Origin: Trichoplax adhaerens
Lineage: Eukaryota; Animalia; Placozoa
Length of the DNA stretch: 64,000 nt
Direction of reading: 5' to 3'
Assembly: GCF_000150275.1 (NCBI RefSeq)
Contig: NW_002060949.1
Coordinates: 3,788,449-3,852,448 of the forward strand
In this document: positions 14,484 to 28,866 of the stretch, in pieces
How the letters are laid out: every line of letters starts with the position of its first letter
Numbering within the stretch: the first letter of the stretch is position 1
Position numbers and translations under genes: made by a program
The notes under the pieces: model-generated
Seen by the model: only the letters and a program-made list of their open reading frames with translations
Told to the model about the DNA's origin: nothing
Databases searched by the model: none

Positions 14484-16000
14484 GTGAATGCTACATCATA
14501 CTGTCTCCCCATAGTAATCCTTATAAATGGATTGCTTTAGTATTTTTCATTATTCACGCTATATTTCAAGAAGTATTGACTATTAAGTACTAGATCAGTT
14601 TATATGAGAAGTATTTCAAGTTGCTGGCTAAAATTAGTCGATGTTAAACGTTTTAATCGGAAAGATTAGAGTGCGTCAAGAGTTGTGCAATTTTCTTAGT
14701 ATCGTGTAGCAAATACTTCGTATATACTGATATTAAACGTGTAGAATCGCAATACGAAAGTAAAGTGTATCATACTGTTAAGACACTATGTCGATGGAAA
14801 GTGTTCTTTACCAATAGTATCTCCCAATACGAATCCTTATAAATTAATTGCTTTAGTATTTTTCATTATTCACGCCATATTTCTAGAAGTATTGACTATT
14901 AAATACTAGATCAGTTTATATGAGATGTATTTCAAGTTGCTGGCTAAAATTAGTCGATGTTAAACGTTTTAATCGGAAAGATTAGAGTGCGTCAAGAGTT
15001 GTGCGATTTTCTTAGTATAGTGTAACAAGTGCTTAGTGCATGCTGATATTAAACGCCTAACATCGTAATACAAAAAAAAAAGCGTATGATACTGTATAGG
15101 ACACTATATGCTTGCAAAGTCTTCTCTACCAGTTCTATCGCCCAATAGTAATCCTTATAAATTAATTGCTTTAGTATTTTTCATTACTCACGCCATATTT
15201 CTAGAAGTATTGACTATTAAGTACTAGATCAATTTGTATGAGATGTATTTCAAGTTGCTGGCTAAAATTAGACGATGTTAAACGTATTCATCGGAAAGAA
15301 TAGAGTGCGTCAAGAGTTGTGCAATTATCTTAGTATAGTGTAGCAAATGCTTCGTATATGCTGATATTAAACGTGTAGAATTGCAATACGAAAGTAAAGT
15401 GTATCATACTGTTAAGACACTATGTCGATGGAAAGTGATCTTTACCAATAGATTCTCCCAATACTAATCCTTATAAATTAATTGTTATAGTATTTTTCAT
15501 TCCTCACGCAATCTTTCTAGAAATATAGACTATCAAATACTAGATCAGTTTGTATGAGATAGATTTCAAGTTGCTGGCTAAAGTTAGACGATGTTAAACG
15601 TATTCATCGGAAAGATTAGAGTGCGTCAAGAGTTGTGCAATTTTCTTAGTATAGTGTAGCAAATGCTTGATGCATGCTGATATTAAACGTGTAGAATTGC
15701 AATACGAAAGCAAAGTGTATCATACTGTACAGGACACTATATCGATGGAAAGTGTTCTTTACCAGTTCTATCTCCTAATTCTAATCCTTATAAATTAATT
15801 GTTTTAGTATTTTTCATTCCTCACGCCATCATTCTTGAAATATTGACTATCAAATACTAGATCAGTTTGTATGAGATATATTTCAAGTTGCTAGCTAAAG
15901 CTAGACGATGTTCAACGTTTTAATGGGAAAGATTAGAGTGCGTCAAGAGTTGTGCAATTATCTTAGTATAGTGTAGCAAATGCTTCATATATGCTGATAT
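14484..16000. repeat. ~317-bp satellite array, ~4.8 units, bounded by gaps
   Basis: AATCCTTATAAAT at 14516, 14832, 15150, 15466, 15783. Confidence 0.95.
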
Positions 16001-16184
16001 NNNNNNNNNNNNNNNNNNNNNNNNNNNNNNNNNNNNNNNNNNNNNNNNNNCCTACGTTGAGAATCATTAATATAACTAATGAATGAGCAGCAGAATTGCG
16101 TTAGCGCTGATCTATTAGATAACCTGGAAAATACTGCAGTTATTAACTCTACTAATAATATTATCTTCGCCGTAGCTGACGTAC

Positions 16185-17778
16185 CTCGTTCAAGAAGAAG
16201 CGCAAACGATTTCTTCCAGCAAAAGTAATCAGCATTTGCGTACTGATGATTACAATCTGAGCAAATATAAAAACAACACCGAAAATGATTAATATAAGCG
16301 TGTGTATTTAATTAGAAGAACATTGACAAGTGCCTTGTGAAATTGCAATACGAATGATAAAATAGACCAAGGCCTCCTAGGAGGTATATTTTAATTTGAC
16401 AAGACGATCTAATTTCAACAGAAATTGTTTTCCACAAGGCAAGGGTATACGGTACAACCTACTGTGTCTAAACGCAATTGTGTACGTAAAAACAAGTAAA
16501 CGGTGTCCAAAATGTGTCCGTTCAGTTGACTGTTGGTATGAATTGATGGCTTATCACATGTGGAAAATTGTTGGCCTAGTATTATTCATTGCTAACCCTT
16601 GGTGTATTTTATCCATTTAGAACGATTGCGTCCAAGGATGTTATGAAGGAGACTAGTTATCCTACTTTTGCATAGATGAATTTGATTGAGGTATTGATTC
16701 GAAAAGAATACTGTAACGTGAAGTCAAGTAATATATTGTAGATTGATTAATATAGCTACAATTGAAACTATCTTCATTGTGATCGAGGAGTAAAGTAGGT
16801 TGGAGTTTTTACAACTACTTTATTCTGATCAAGTACTCTTAAGGCAATCAAACAGTGCTATTCAAGTAAAATCTCGACTAATTGTAATGAATCATCACGA
16901 GTTGGGATGATAATACTATAATTTGTAGTAGTCTGTGGAAAACCAATACTAGTATACCATGATAACAGAGTAGAATATATCAATATGAAATCTGAACAAT
17001 AACAACAAGAGGCGCTTGATCGTCAAGGTAAACCGACAGATGAAAGTGCTTGAGGATACGATCGATCCATGGTCATCACTATGTCGACTAGTACTATTTT
17101 AATAGGATTCTACCGTAGAGGTACTACAACAGGTTGATCGACCGAAGGAGAACAGTCCGTGTTGGCAGCTTTCTACGTCGTCCACTCTATTTCTAATTCA
17201 ATTTCACTCTTGAATTCAACTACTTTATCCTGATCAAGCAAGCACTAGTACTTGTAATAAATCATCATGAGTTGGGATGATAATACTATACTAGCATACC
17301 ATGATAACAGAGTAGAATATATCAATATGAAAACCGAACAACAACAACAAGAGGCGCTTGATCGTCAAGGTAAACCGACAGATGAAAGTGCTTGAGGATA
17401 CGATCGATCCATGGTCATCACTATGTCGACTAGTACTATTTTAATAGGATTCTAACGTAGAGGTACTACAACAGGTTGATCGATCGAAGGAGAACAGTCC
17501 GTGTTGGCAGTTTTCCACGTCGTCCATTCTATTTCCAATACAATTTCCCTCGTCAATTCAACACTACTTCTACTAGACTTGGACAACTCGACAATATTGC
17601 TTACCGCGACAGCAGCGATGTACTGGAAAGCGATCGTGTAATCAAATGTATAGGACAGAAAATCGCACATAATCGCACATACTAAACACGTTATTCCAAG
17701 GCTTAACATTGCGATACCATATCGAATCGATTGGCGGACGCAGTAATCAAATTGGAGAGCATTGCTACCCGAATTCAT
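16185..17778 (-). CDS. G3': second copy of G3 exons 1-2, truncated by the assembly gap (allele or recent duplicate)
   Basis: Exon1 17778-17605 and exon2 16256-16185 encode the same peptides as G3. Region 16051-19960 mirrors ~12312-16000. Confidence 0.75.
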
Positions 17779-18132
17779 TGCAAAATGGAGGCGAAAAGTT
17801 TGCAATCTTTCCTAAATTGGAGTTAGAAGATGGCTCATGACTCAAGTCTGTGATTAGTATAGCAAGATGACGGACTGATATTGACAGTGAATTGTATGGT
17901 CGCTCGCTGGTACTTGGGCAGTTGTTGTCATGTGGGGTTAGTCGATTATGGGCGGTGGTCGCGATGCTATAGTAAGTACAGGCTACTGCTTGTGTCATGT
18001 CATCGTGATGAATCACTGACTGGTTATGTTGAAGAGCGTGTTGCGATACGAAATCGTTTGAGATACTTTTTATGCCGTATGTAGGCCGAATGTTGGTGTA
18101 CGTATGCGTACATCAACAGTCAATCAAAATGA

Positions 18133-20310
18133 GTGAATGCTACATCATACTGTCTCCCCATAGTAATCCTTATAAATGGATTGCTTTAGTATTTTTCATT
18201 ATTCACGCCCTATTTCTACAAGTATTGACTATTGAGTACTAGATCAGTTTATATGAGATGTATTTCAAGTTACTGACTAAAATTAGTCCATGTTCAACGT
18301 TTTAATCGGAAAGATTAGAGTGCGTCAAGAGTTGTGCAATTTTCTTAGTATAGTGTAGCAAATGCTTGCTGCATGCTGATATTAAACGTGTAGAATTGCA
18401 ATACGAAAGTAAAGTGTATCATACTGTTAAGACACTACGTCGATGGAAAGTGATCTTTACCAATAGATTCTCCCAATACTAATCCTTATAAATTAATTGC
18501 TTTAGTATTTTTCATTATTCACGCAATCTTTCTAGAAATATAGACTATCAAATACTAGCTCAGTTTGTATGAGATAGATTTCAAGTTGCTGGCTAAAGCT
18601 AGACGATGTTAAACGTATTCATCGGAAAGATTAGAGTGCGTCAAGAGTTGTGCAATTTTCTTAGTACAGTGTAGCAAATGCTTCATATATGCTGATATTA
18701 AACGTGTAGAATTGCAATACGAAAGTAAAGTCTATCATACTGTTAAGACACTATGTCGATGGAAAGTGTTCTTTACCAATAGATTCTCCCAATACTAATC
18801 CTTATAAATTAATTGCTTTAGTATTTTTCATTATTCACGCCATCTTTCTAGAAGTATTGACTATTAAGTACTAGATCAGTTTATATGAGATGTATTTCAA
18901 GTTTCTGGCTAAAATTAGTCGATGTTCAACGTTTTAATCGGAAAGATTAGAGTGCGTCAAGAGTTATGCAATTTTCGTAGTATAGTGTAGCAAATGCTTA
19001 GTGTATGCTCATATTAAACCCCTAAAATCGTAATACAAAAAAATGCGTATGATACTGTATAGGACACTATATGCTTGCAAAGTCTTCTCTACCAGTTCTA
19101 TCGCCCAATAGTAATCCTTATAAATTGATTGCTTTGGTGTTTTCATTACTCACGCCCTATTTCTACAAGTATTGACTATTAAGTACTAGATCAATTTGTA
19201 TGAGATAGATTTCAAGTTGCTGGCTAAAGCTAGACGATGTTAAACGTATTCATCGGAAAGAATAGAGTGCGTCAAGAGTTGTGCGATTTTCTTAGTATAG
19301 TGTAGCAAATGCTTGCTGCATGCTGATATTAAACGTGTAGAATTGCAATACGAAAGTAAAGTGTATCATACTGTTAAGACACTACGTCGATGGAAAGTGA
19401 TCTTTACCAATAGATTCTCCCAATACTAATCCTTATAAATTAATTGTTATAGTATTTTTCATTCCTCACGCAATCTTTCTAGAAATATAGACTATCAAAT
19501 ACTAGATCAGTTTGTATGAGATAGATTTCAAGTTGCTGGCTAAAGTTAGACGATGTTAAACGTATTCATCGGAAAGATTAGAGTGCGTCAAGAGTTGTGC
19601 AATTTTCTTAGTATAGTGTAGCAAATGCTTGATGCATGCTGATATTAAACGTGTAGAATTGCAATACGAAAGCAAAGTGTATCATACTGTACAGGACACT
19701 ATATCGATGGAAAGTGTTCTTTACCAGTTCTATCTCCTAATTCTAATCCTTATAAATTAATTGTTTTAGTATTTTTCATTCCTCACGCCATCATTCTTGA
19801 AATATTGACTATCAAATACTAGATCAGTTTGTATGAGATATATTTCAAGTTGCTAGCTAAAGCTAGACGATGTTCAACGTTTTAATGGGAAAGATTAGAG
19901 TGCGTCAAGAGTTGTGCAATTATCTTAGTATAGTGTAGCAAATGCTTCATATATGCTGATATTAAACGTGTAGAATCGCAATACGAAAGTAAAGTGTATC
20001 ATACTGAACAGGACACTATATCCATTTAGCAGTTCTGTTTACCAATAGTCGTTGATTGCTTTGGTATTTTTTCATTCCTCACGCCATCTTTCTAGAAATA
20101 TTGACTATCAAATACTAGCACAGATTGTTATGAGATGTATTTCAAGTTTCTGGCTAAAATTAGACTTTATTAAACGTATGGATTGGAAAGATTGGAGTGC
20201 GTCAACAGTTATGCAATTTTCTTAGTAGAGTGTTATGCATGCTGATATTAAAAGTGTAGCCTTCTATGCACGACAGTATGTCGAATTGTCGATGCAAAGT
20301 GTTCTATGCC
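18133..20310. repeat. ~317-bp satellite array, ~6.8 units, last unit degenerate
   Basis: Same unit as 14484-16000, periodic at ~316 bp (e.g. 18164, 18481, ~19113, ~19745). Same left junction GTGAATGCTACATCATAC as at 14484. Confidence 0.95.
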
Positions 20311-22316
20311 ATCCGACCAGTGCTGATGATTCGGATTGAGTAATTTCTGTTATGCAATCCTAGACTAGAAAGTTTTTCTACCAGTCTACACAGGCAATGA
20401 CCAGCCCGTTTGGCTTGGTTTTTGCCAATGATGCAAAGTATTTCAGCAAACTAGTAAAGGAGAGACTTTTGAGGAAACCCCATGATATTGCCACTTTACG
20501 TGGAAAAGGACTAAACCCTGCCTGCCCCACTTGAAAATATTGTAATCAAATATCCGAAAATAACTGAGAGAAAGTTGGGGATGAGAACGGTCATTAGCGA
20601 TGAGTTGGATGAAAGAGGAAGACAGACTCGTGGATGAGTGTCTGGATGACTTAGTCCTGGACTGGTAGCCATGTTGAAAACAGCTCGAAATTCCCAGTAG
20701 TGTAGTTGGTAGCACTGTACACTGCATTGGCATCGGAAAGGATTCTTTCAACCAGTCCGTGTTCCTGCCTTGGACTCTGTCAAGAGTCAAGCCATCATCG
20801 ACTTATTCAATGCATAGACCCAATGGAGTATAAATGAATTAACAGCACTACAGGCATTGAATTCAATTTAGCCAACTACCATGTTGTTGATCATCATCAT
20901 CACTGACTTCATTGATGAATCATTGATGGATCGTAGGTATATTCTAGTTCTGCCGACTGCCATCAATAAATGGATTGATGTCTATCGGCTTTCTGGAACC
21001 AAGGCCATCTTCATTTGAGGAGCGGTAGTCCAGGGTAGCCTAGCATGGACAAGTCGGTGAGCGCTACGCTGACTAATACTTGCTAGGCTTTTGAATTATT
21101 CAAGCGGTCTCCATTAAAATCAGGCCGCCAAAACAACCTTTTGCCTTTGCTCGAAATGATCGATTGAGCACGCATACAAGGCCGACAAACTACGGCTACC
21201 GTATCCGATGGCAGCAACCATCTCCAATGGTTGCTAGGCTAGCTCCACCGCATACGGACGGCGGCACTCCGTCGCCATAGGACCCATCGGCCTTACCTTT
21301 GCCTGTAGACGAAGGGGTTTAACAAAAGGTAGAGTAGAGTAGTAGTCCATAGCAGGACATCTAGCCATCGCCAATAGCTATATTAGTAGCATAATCAACT
21401 TGCGTGTAGTAATTGACGAAGAAAACGCCAAGCACAACCCCAACACTTTTGGCTATTGCCTTCCTTCTATTCCAATTAATTAGTAGACCTTTAATTGACT
21501 CGCCACGTTACCAGTAGCATCACGTAAGTATATCCTATGTTTATTCCGGCTTGTAGAAATTAGAATCAATAGCGGGTATCCATCACGAGATAGAATTGCT
21601 GAGTGATGATGATGATGATGATGATGAGCAAGTTGGTCCATTTCGATCCTAGTGCCTAGTGGAGAAAATCACTAAACCCTATTTGGATTTCTTTCGCCTT
21701 TGCTGTATAAAACACAAGCTGTCAAATGGACTAGTAGTTAATTGCATTACATGCGTAGCAGTCATCGCCATGGGACTATTTTTCAATTGGAGAAGAATAG
21801 GGGAGGAAAAAAATTAGTCTTGATTAACTACATACAGTACATTGTAAAATAAAATAAATAAATTATACAGGGAATATCAAAGTAATAGACAAGAGTGCTT
21901 CCTATATCACCCTAGTGAAATTCGTTGTCAATCGTTTTAAAAGGCCTTTTTTAAATCCAACTCATTCCATTAGCGTACAATCATGAACGCCAAGAGACAA
22001 AATTGATATCACGCATTTGGATTCAATATGGTTGATCCATATCGATCGATAGTCTACGTCTAATTGAAATAAAAACTTAATTTTAATTGCAATTGGTAGG
22101 ATCAATCAATCAACGTCGTCATGTCTTGACGTTGGGATATCTTTACCCATTAAAAATGGGCGTCTGTTACTTCTCCTTCATAAAGCTATTGAATTATACA
22201 ACCATTTCAACTCATTTCGTTCTATTTTTTCTATGCCTAACTATTCTACTTGGTTTTTTTTTTTACAGTTTTCAACAGTTCTCCTACTTCCAATCAGCTA
22301 CACTATCTCTCAAAAA

Positions 22317-25149
22317 ATGCCTATCCTGGTCAATAACGCAGAATTTTATCAACGATACCGCCAGCAAATTGATGGCATTCGAAATTGTAACATTGCCAAG
22401 CTTCTCTTCAGTTTTTGCTGTTTTGCCAATTGTATCGCCATAGCAGTCTTAATTCGTTATCACAATCAAGCCTTTATCGTCATCCCTTTCATCGGTAGTA
22501 TTATTGTAAGTTGCAATGCTAGCGTAAGGAAATTGAAATGAACTGGATCATCAAATATCATTTTCTTCTCCCCTATTTGCCAAAGTAATACTTCTCCTAT
22601 CATCTAGTGACGATAAAAGATTCACCAGTACTGTAGCTAGCATGGATGGCACTTTTCTTTCAGGCAGTTGACATCATTTAGGCTCAAAATGGCTTCTTCT
22701 TTATTACCGTAGATTGTTTAGTACACTATGCATTTCTTAGAAAGTTCGTTCAATTAATCCTATGGTCATAAAGTATAACTGTTATCAAAGTTGACTTGTA
22801 TCCTCCATTGAACTCAACCTTACATGGTTCTCAAGCTCTTGATACAGTTATAAAAGAACTGATTAGGATCGATAATTATTCTTAGCTCTAGAAATTGTTA
22901 GCTTGCAGTTAGTTAGCCAAACTCGAGTTGTAAATATTCAAACCAATAGACAATAGTTTATCATGAGACGCCTAATTTTACCTTACCATTGTAGTTTTTA
23001 ACATATACAAAGCCATTTTACGCCAGTATTCGTTATACGACACAATTGCCTTAGGTCATTTCTTGAATATACTTTGTTATTCCAACACTTAATTACTGTA
23101 ATACCAAGGTCTATATCTTGAATCAAAAATATGATCTATTTCAGTTGGTAAAGTAGATTACATTCTGTTCGACATCGATGGGAAGTTTCTATCAATTTTT
23201 ATATTAGGCTACCGATCGTTCGACGATACTTTTCTTCATTAATTTTAATTTTATAACCCTTTAAGATTTTTATTTCTCTGTGCGTGTCGATGTGCTGTGG
23301 TAATAATACGTGTATACTATACTTTATGGTGGCATGAATTAATAATTTCTACCGTAAGAGATGAATGTTTGCAGCTCAAATGAAAGTCATAATCATTTGT
23401 AAATGAGAAATCTATAAATTCAAATTGGTATCAGGAACTACTTTTACATAGTCCTAGACAAAACATCTAATTTAAAGGAGTCTAGCGATTGAAACGTTTA
23501 AATATCTATCAACCTTAAGATAATGTCAAATGAACGATATTCAATACGGAGTAATGTTATCTATTTCATTCTCGTCGTCTAATCATTCTAGGCTTTTGGT
23601 TCATCAATTTTGAACATTGTCACATTTAGCTCAGAACAGCGAATTGCTACATTCACCAAAAATGTAAGTATTTTCGAACAATATTATTTACCAGTTTCAA
23701 TTTTACCTTCTATGTAACTATCCGTGCCATCAAATAAAACGATACCGAGTTTATTTTTGCTATATTAATGGATATTTTCTCCTTACCCATTTTTCACTCG
23801 AAAAGAATAATAATAATAATATTGCTTAGCATATACGCGTATATTATTTCTCGCTTTCAATTTCCTTGACAGAAAGCATTATAAATTTTTTAATGATGAT
23901 GAGACGGTATTGATAGTTTTTGAAGATGAGAAGCAATGTGCTTCTCTTCAAAATGGATGACTTTATTGTTAGTTTTGATATTTAGTATGCAATTAGATTG
24001 ATTTCACAATAGCTATGGTGCGATACCAACCTTACATGCCCTTAATTTAGTCCACGCTTGTTGATTAATTTCCTCTTTTTTTTGCAATCTTGTGGTTATA
24101 CGAGTATTTCCATTAACTTAGGCATAAAATGCTAATTCTACTGTAGATACAAAATTTCTCCCTAGTTAGCGTAGTCAGATCTCAATGTAGACGCATATTA
24201 CTTTATCGAGTACAGTAAAGTGCACTAAAGAAGCTTTTCCTTGGTCAGCATTGAATCCCTGTATGAATTGATTCGTAACAACCGTATAAATTCGTTAATA
24301 GACAGTAAAATAGGAAGAACATAAATTTTCAAATGTTGCTCTTTCACCTTGGTAACTGGCTTAGCGATTTTTACTCATATTGGAGATATCGTAGGCGCAT
24401 TCTCGCAATTCTACTTGGACTTTAAGATCTACTCCCAACCACTTGACTCAATTTCTTAGACAGTTTCAGTTATTAGGGTTGATTATTAATTAATACTATA
24501 TTTAAATGTTTTCGTTAGCATTACTGATAGCCATTGGGACCCATATTCAGTCAAGAAAGACTGCTGATCCTACTGCCAACGCCCAGTTCTATGTAGCAAC
24601 TTACAGTACAATGCTATAGTTTCTTACTGAGAACACTCATACATTTATCCTATCTTTTATGCCTTTAAACAATTTGATGGTTTAAAATCTTAATTTTTGA
24701 GTAATAACGACATATCTTTACTTTTATGACGTGTTCATTAGCCTGTAGGATACAGATATGGCGTGTCTTTTTCTGATATACCTATTGCAGTTGCCTTTGG
24801 CATGTATATCTATCTTTCAATTGTGACAAGTTCATCCTATGCTGCGATCAGAGCTCCAATTATTAGTTTCACTGTTTTGGCCTTATTGGTACTCCTAATG
24901 TCAACTGCTTATGAAATCACTATGAAAAGAATAGTCGCTTTTGCGATCGTGAGTTTTATTTTAATTAGACTATATCGCGGAAATTAGCAGCTGTAAAAAT
25001 TAAATTCCATATTTTGTTCTAAATTTACATAGGTGCATTCGTCTATACCTACAACTGTAGTACCAGGCGCTACTGTAGCTGTCACCCAGACTGCTTATCC
25101 TCCGAACTACCCACCCAATCAGTACCAATCAGTATACCAATCAGTATAG
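22317..25149 (+). CDS. G4: tetraspan protein (194 aa as assembled); tail frameshifted, ancestral stop probably at 25318
   Basis: Exons 22317-22505 (MPILVNNAEFYQRYRQQIDGIRN...IVIPFIGSII), 23592-23663 (72 nt, AFGSSILNIVTFSSEQRIATFTKN), 24742-24948 (207 nt, PVGYRYGVSFSDIPIAVAFGMY...IVAFAI), 25033-25149 (VHSSIPTT...AYPPNYPPNQYQSVYQSV*). All GT-AG, phase 0. Confidence 0.85.
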
Positions 25150-26071
25150 TGCCAATTATGGTCAACAGTATCCTCCACCAGCCGGCCAGGTACCACAAGG
25201 CATGATAGCTCCATCCACAGCGAATATGCAGCCATACCCTGCTTCTCAAGTTCCATCACAATTGCCACCAACATACACTGATGTCCAGAAACAGGCACCA
25301 CCACCGGATACAAAATAAGAATGTAATATTCTTCGAAATCATGTGACAATTCATTGATATCTTTCGGATGTAATGTTCTACAAATTATGAATTAGGATAG
25401 GAAAGATATTTCTGGATTCTCTCGACGTTTCTAAAAGTATTTGGAAACCTTAAATATTCTACTGAGGAGCCATAATATTCATTACGATATAATATATTGT
25501 GTTGTTTGTAGTATTTTCTAGCTTCAGTTAGAATAACCTAAATATTCGTATAAGCTGGTGCCTTTTACTCGGTATTAGAAGTGTTCTATATCGGGTCGCT
25601 AATTTATTATTACAAGTAATCATACTAGTATATTTAAGCTACTAAAATCGTTATGTTAAAATGTTTGGTTTTCTTCTGCCTGTCTAACTTTCTACATATA
25701 TAGTATACGATACTTTGAATATCTAATTAAAGGATGCGAAATCATTCTGAAAATCTGTAAAGACAAAAGAGTGTCAGTATACTCATTGCGTAGATAAATT
25801 TGCCATTAAATGACATCTTATTAGTTCGCAGTTGATAGACGAGATCCTCACTACCTATTTTAATTGCCATTTCTAAAGTACGCATATCTTCTGCTCATTG
25901 ATCGGCTTTGCTATTTCAGTAGATGGCATACTAACAAAGAATGTTAAACACAAGTATGGCAGCTATTAAGTTGTCGCGGTAATCACCTTACTAAACCAAC
26001 CATGCGGCTATTAACATTAACAAGATAAAGCACTACTACTGTTAGTTGTACCTCGCATTTTGCTATATCAT

Positions 26072-26126
26072 TTACTGGCTAAAAATGTTAAATAAAATGA
26101 GTAAATAACCAATTTTTAGCCAGTAA
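26072..26126. mobile_element. Tiny inverted-repeat element, possible TA-target MITE remnant
   Basis: TTACTGGCTAAAAAT (26072-26086) and its exact reverse complement (26112-26126). Can be read as TA + CTGGCTAAAAAT...ATTTTTAGCCAG + TA. Confidence 0.35.
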
Positions 26127-28655
26127 GCTATCTTAACTACAATGTCCAAGGCCAAGGATAGTCGTGGAAGGGAGAAAAATGATTGGAGCAATTTGCTTTT
26201 AATGGGTTCACCTTATATGCAGTTACCTTAAATTTGATAATACGAGTAGTAACAACTGGTTCAATTGAATACGCTTATAATAAGAGCATAATGCTTGATG
26301 CCAAACTGAATACTTTTACTGGCACGTAATGAAACTAGGACGATGAACTGCAACTTTGATGAAGCAAGAATATTGTATATTTATCAGTAGTATTTACAAT
26401 TAGTCGAGATTCGGCATTTCGCATAACCTACAATTCATTGCAGTCTACTGTAGCAAGGGTTAACAAAGGTGCGCGCAAATTTATTGTACACAGTCGTCCG
26501 CGACGAAACAACGACTTAAATAAAGCATGCAAGGAGCACACTTTCATATAATTGATTCTAAGCGGGGTATTCATATACGTCTAGGTGCACTAGCTGTTAT
26601 GTAAAATATACGATATAAAGTAAGTATATATCAGTCATGGATATTAGAAATTTATATAATTATATAACTATGCTCGTAAAGGTATAATCTAATTTTAAAG
26701 CCTTAACAGTTCTAGACAGTTTAAACTACCTAGAGCTACTATCTGAAATGTAATAGTAATAATTGTTAGATACGGTACTGATGGTAGTTTAGATGTAGTT
26801 ATAGATCTTTCATTATACATTTACTAGTGATATACGTAATACGGTATTGAGGTATGAGATAGCTGCATATTATTGTACACGCTGTTCTTACCTATTACAG
26901 CACTAGTTGAGATATCAGTATAATAAGTTAGAGTAAAGGTAAAAGGTCTATGATAGGTCTAAAGTAAATCGTTAGGGATAAGCAGGTCATTATTTAATTC
27001 TATTTATTTAAGGCAGGGAGTGAGTGTAAGAGAATAGGTACATAGCTGTGAGCTTCTCTGTAAAAGCTACGAGCCGTGATGTATAATCACAAATAAAAAC
27101 TCGTTACAGTAATAGATATACCTGCCGGAAATTGGCCGCGAACAACAACTATAATAGTTGTAGTTACCTGGACTTTTATTAGACAGTAGCCTACAGAAGC
27201 AGCAACAGTTAGTAATAAAAGTCCTGGCAGTACAGATCTGAAGAAAACTATATAAGGTTACAGCGTATATAAGGACGTGAACTAATCAAATAGCTATAGT
27301 AAAGTGAAATAGGTAAAGTGCGCAAGCTTATCGTGTATATGGCGGAACTAACTAACAAGACAAATGCATAAGTATAGCTATTATAATGTAGGAAGCAAAA
27401 CGAAGGAAAATATTCATAAACGCTAATGAGTAATGAGAATAGCTTACTTCTATATAAGGAGATTTTTACTGTACAATGGGATTAGAGCATAAAGTGATTT
27501 TCACAATATAAGTTGCTAAGTATAGATCATACATATAAGGAGTTAAGTAAGAAGACAAGATTGATATCGTTTGTTTAAGTTAGACGCTGTGAATTGCTTA
27601 CAGAATCATCGTATGACTAATGAATCGTTACGATAACAAATTTATTTTATAGGTTAGATACATAACTACTTGATCAGCCAATTTTAGGAATCTAAACATC
27701 GAAAGTTGATCGCTTTTTAAACTTATAACCGAGAATTTAATAAAAGAGTTCTGTAATATTGGGTAGCAGTTTTAAAATTATCTCGCTCTGATTACCAGGA
27801 TCAATTAGTGAATTTGTCAGTAAGCATGCAGCAATTGGCTCTTCTACGATTCATATGTTCAATACAATAACAAGCAATAGGTTCTTATTATTACATAAGT
27901 GTAAAGGTTTACTTGATCTCAGATCAAAATTACTTGCGAAAAGTTTAGCAGTGATATTGTGTATTAAGACTACACTTACTGAAGTATCTATAGATACTGA
28001 GGAGATAAAGCGAAATAGCGATTAATCTTTCATCGGTGGCTGCTTCTGTCGAAGTAAAAGTTGCGAAGTTGCTGATCGTTAAAAGAGGCGAAGCACACGT
28101 AGAGTAGATATACGTCACTTTGTTAAAGATCACCGTATAGTATACAGTAAATACGTTGTATTGATTGTTTTGCAGTAGATAACTTGCCGTTATGGTTATA
28201 GGTTATAAAACTAATTCATTTTCCAGTAAGGACAAGTGAACTAATTAGTTAGATACCTAATCTATAACAGACCTCGACGGCCAGATCGTATTCTGATCAG
28301 AACTGATCTCGTGTTATATGCGTGCTGTAAAGTATTTTACAGTAGAATCCAAAGCTATACAGATTTAGGTCTAATAATATACTACAGCAATATCGTTAGT
28401 TAGTATTAACTTCTAGTATAAACTGTGTAGCCGCTCACAAATATAGATACAAGGTATAAAAACGAGTACTTTTATAATAAAGAGAGTTCATTATTTTACC
28501 GTTTACGTGTGTCGAGTCGATCTACATATATCGTTTCTTCTGTGAAACTTAAGGAAGAAGTTTCTAGTTGTCACGGAGAACTACAGTGATCAAGATCAGT
28601 AGTTGGAGATAGAAAGAGACCCAGAAATATCTGCGATATACCTTTGTCGCATGTG

Positions 28656-28866
28656 TATATACATTTTGTTAGTGACGATATACTAGTATCAAATTGGGTA
28701 AATTTACATTGAGAGAAGAATTACAAGAATTACCGGAAAGTTCAATTTAGCTGTATGATGATCACCGGCTTGCTCATTACGAGAATAGCTATTTTATTGG
28801 ACTGAAAATGAATGATGGCAAGATCGTATTTTAAGCTGTACATAATTTACTAATGTAGAGGCTATT
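28656..28866 (+). repeat. ~210-bp dispersed near-identical duplication (other copy ~34955-35165)
   Basis: TATATACATTTTGTTAGTGACGATATACTAG...AATGTAGAGGCTATT occurs at both positions. Confidence 0.9.

Noticed and set aside
14484-20310. 317-bp arrays as CRISPR or coding repeats
   Set aside because: No repeat-spacer structure, no cas genes, no long ORFs.
21238-21275. Hairpin plus CTAG as another Helitron 3' end
   Set aside because: CTAG is followed by C rather than T, and there is no second copy or 5' end to confirm it.
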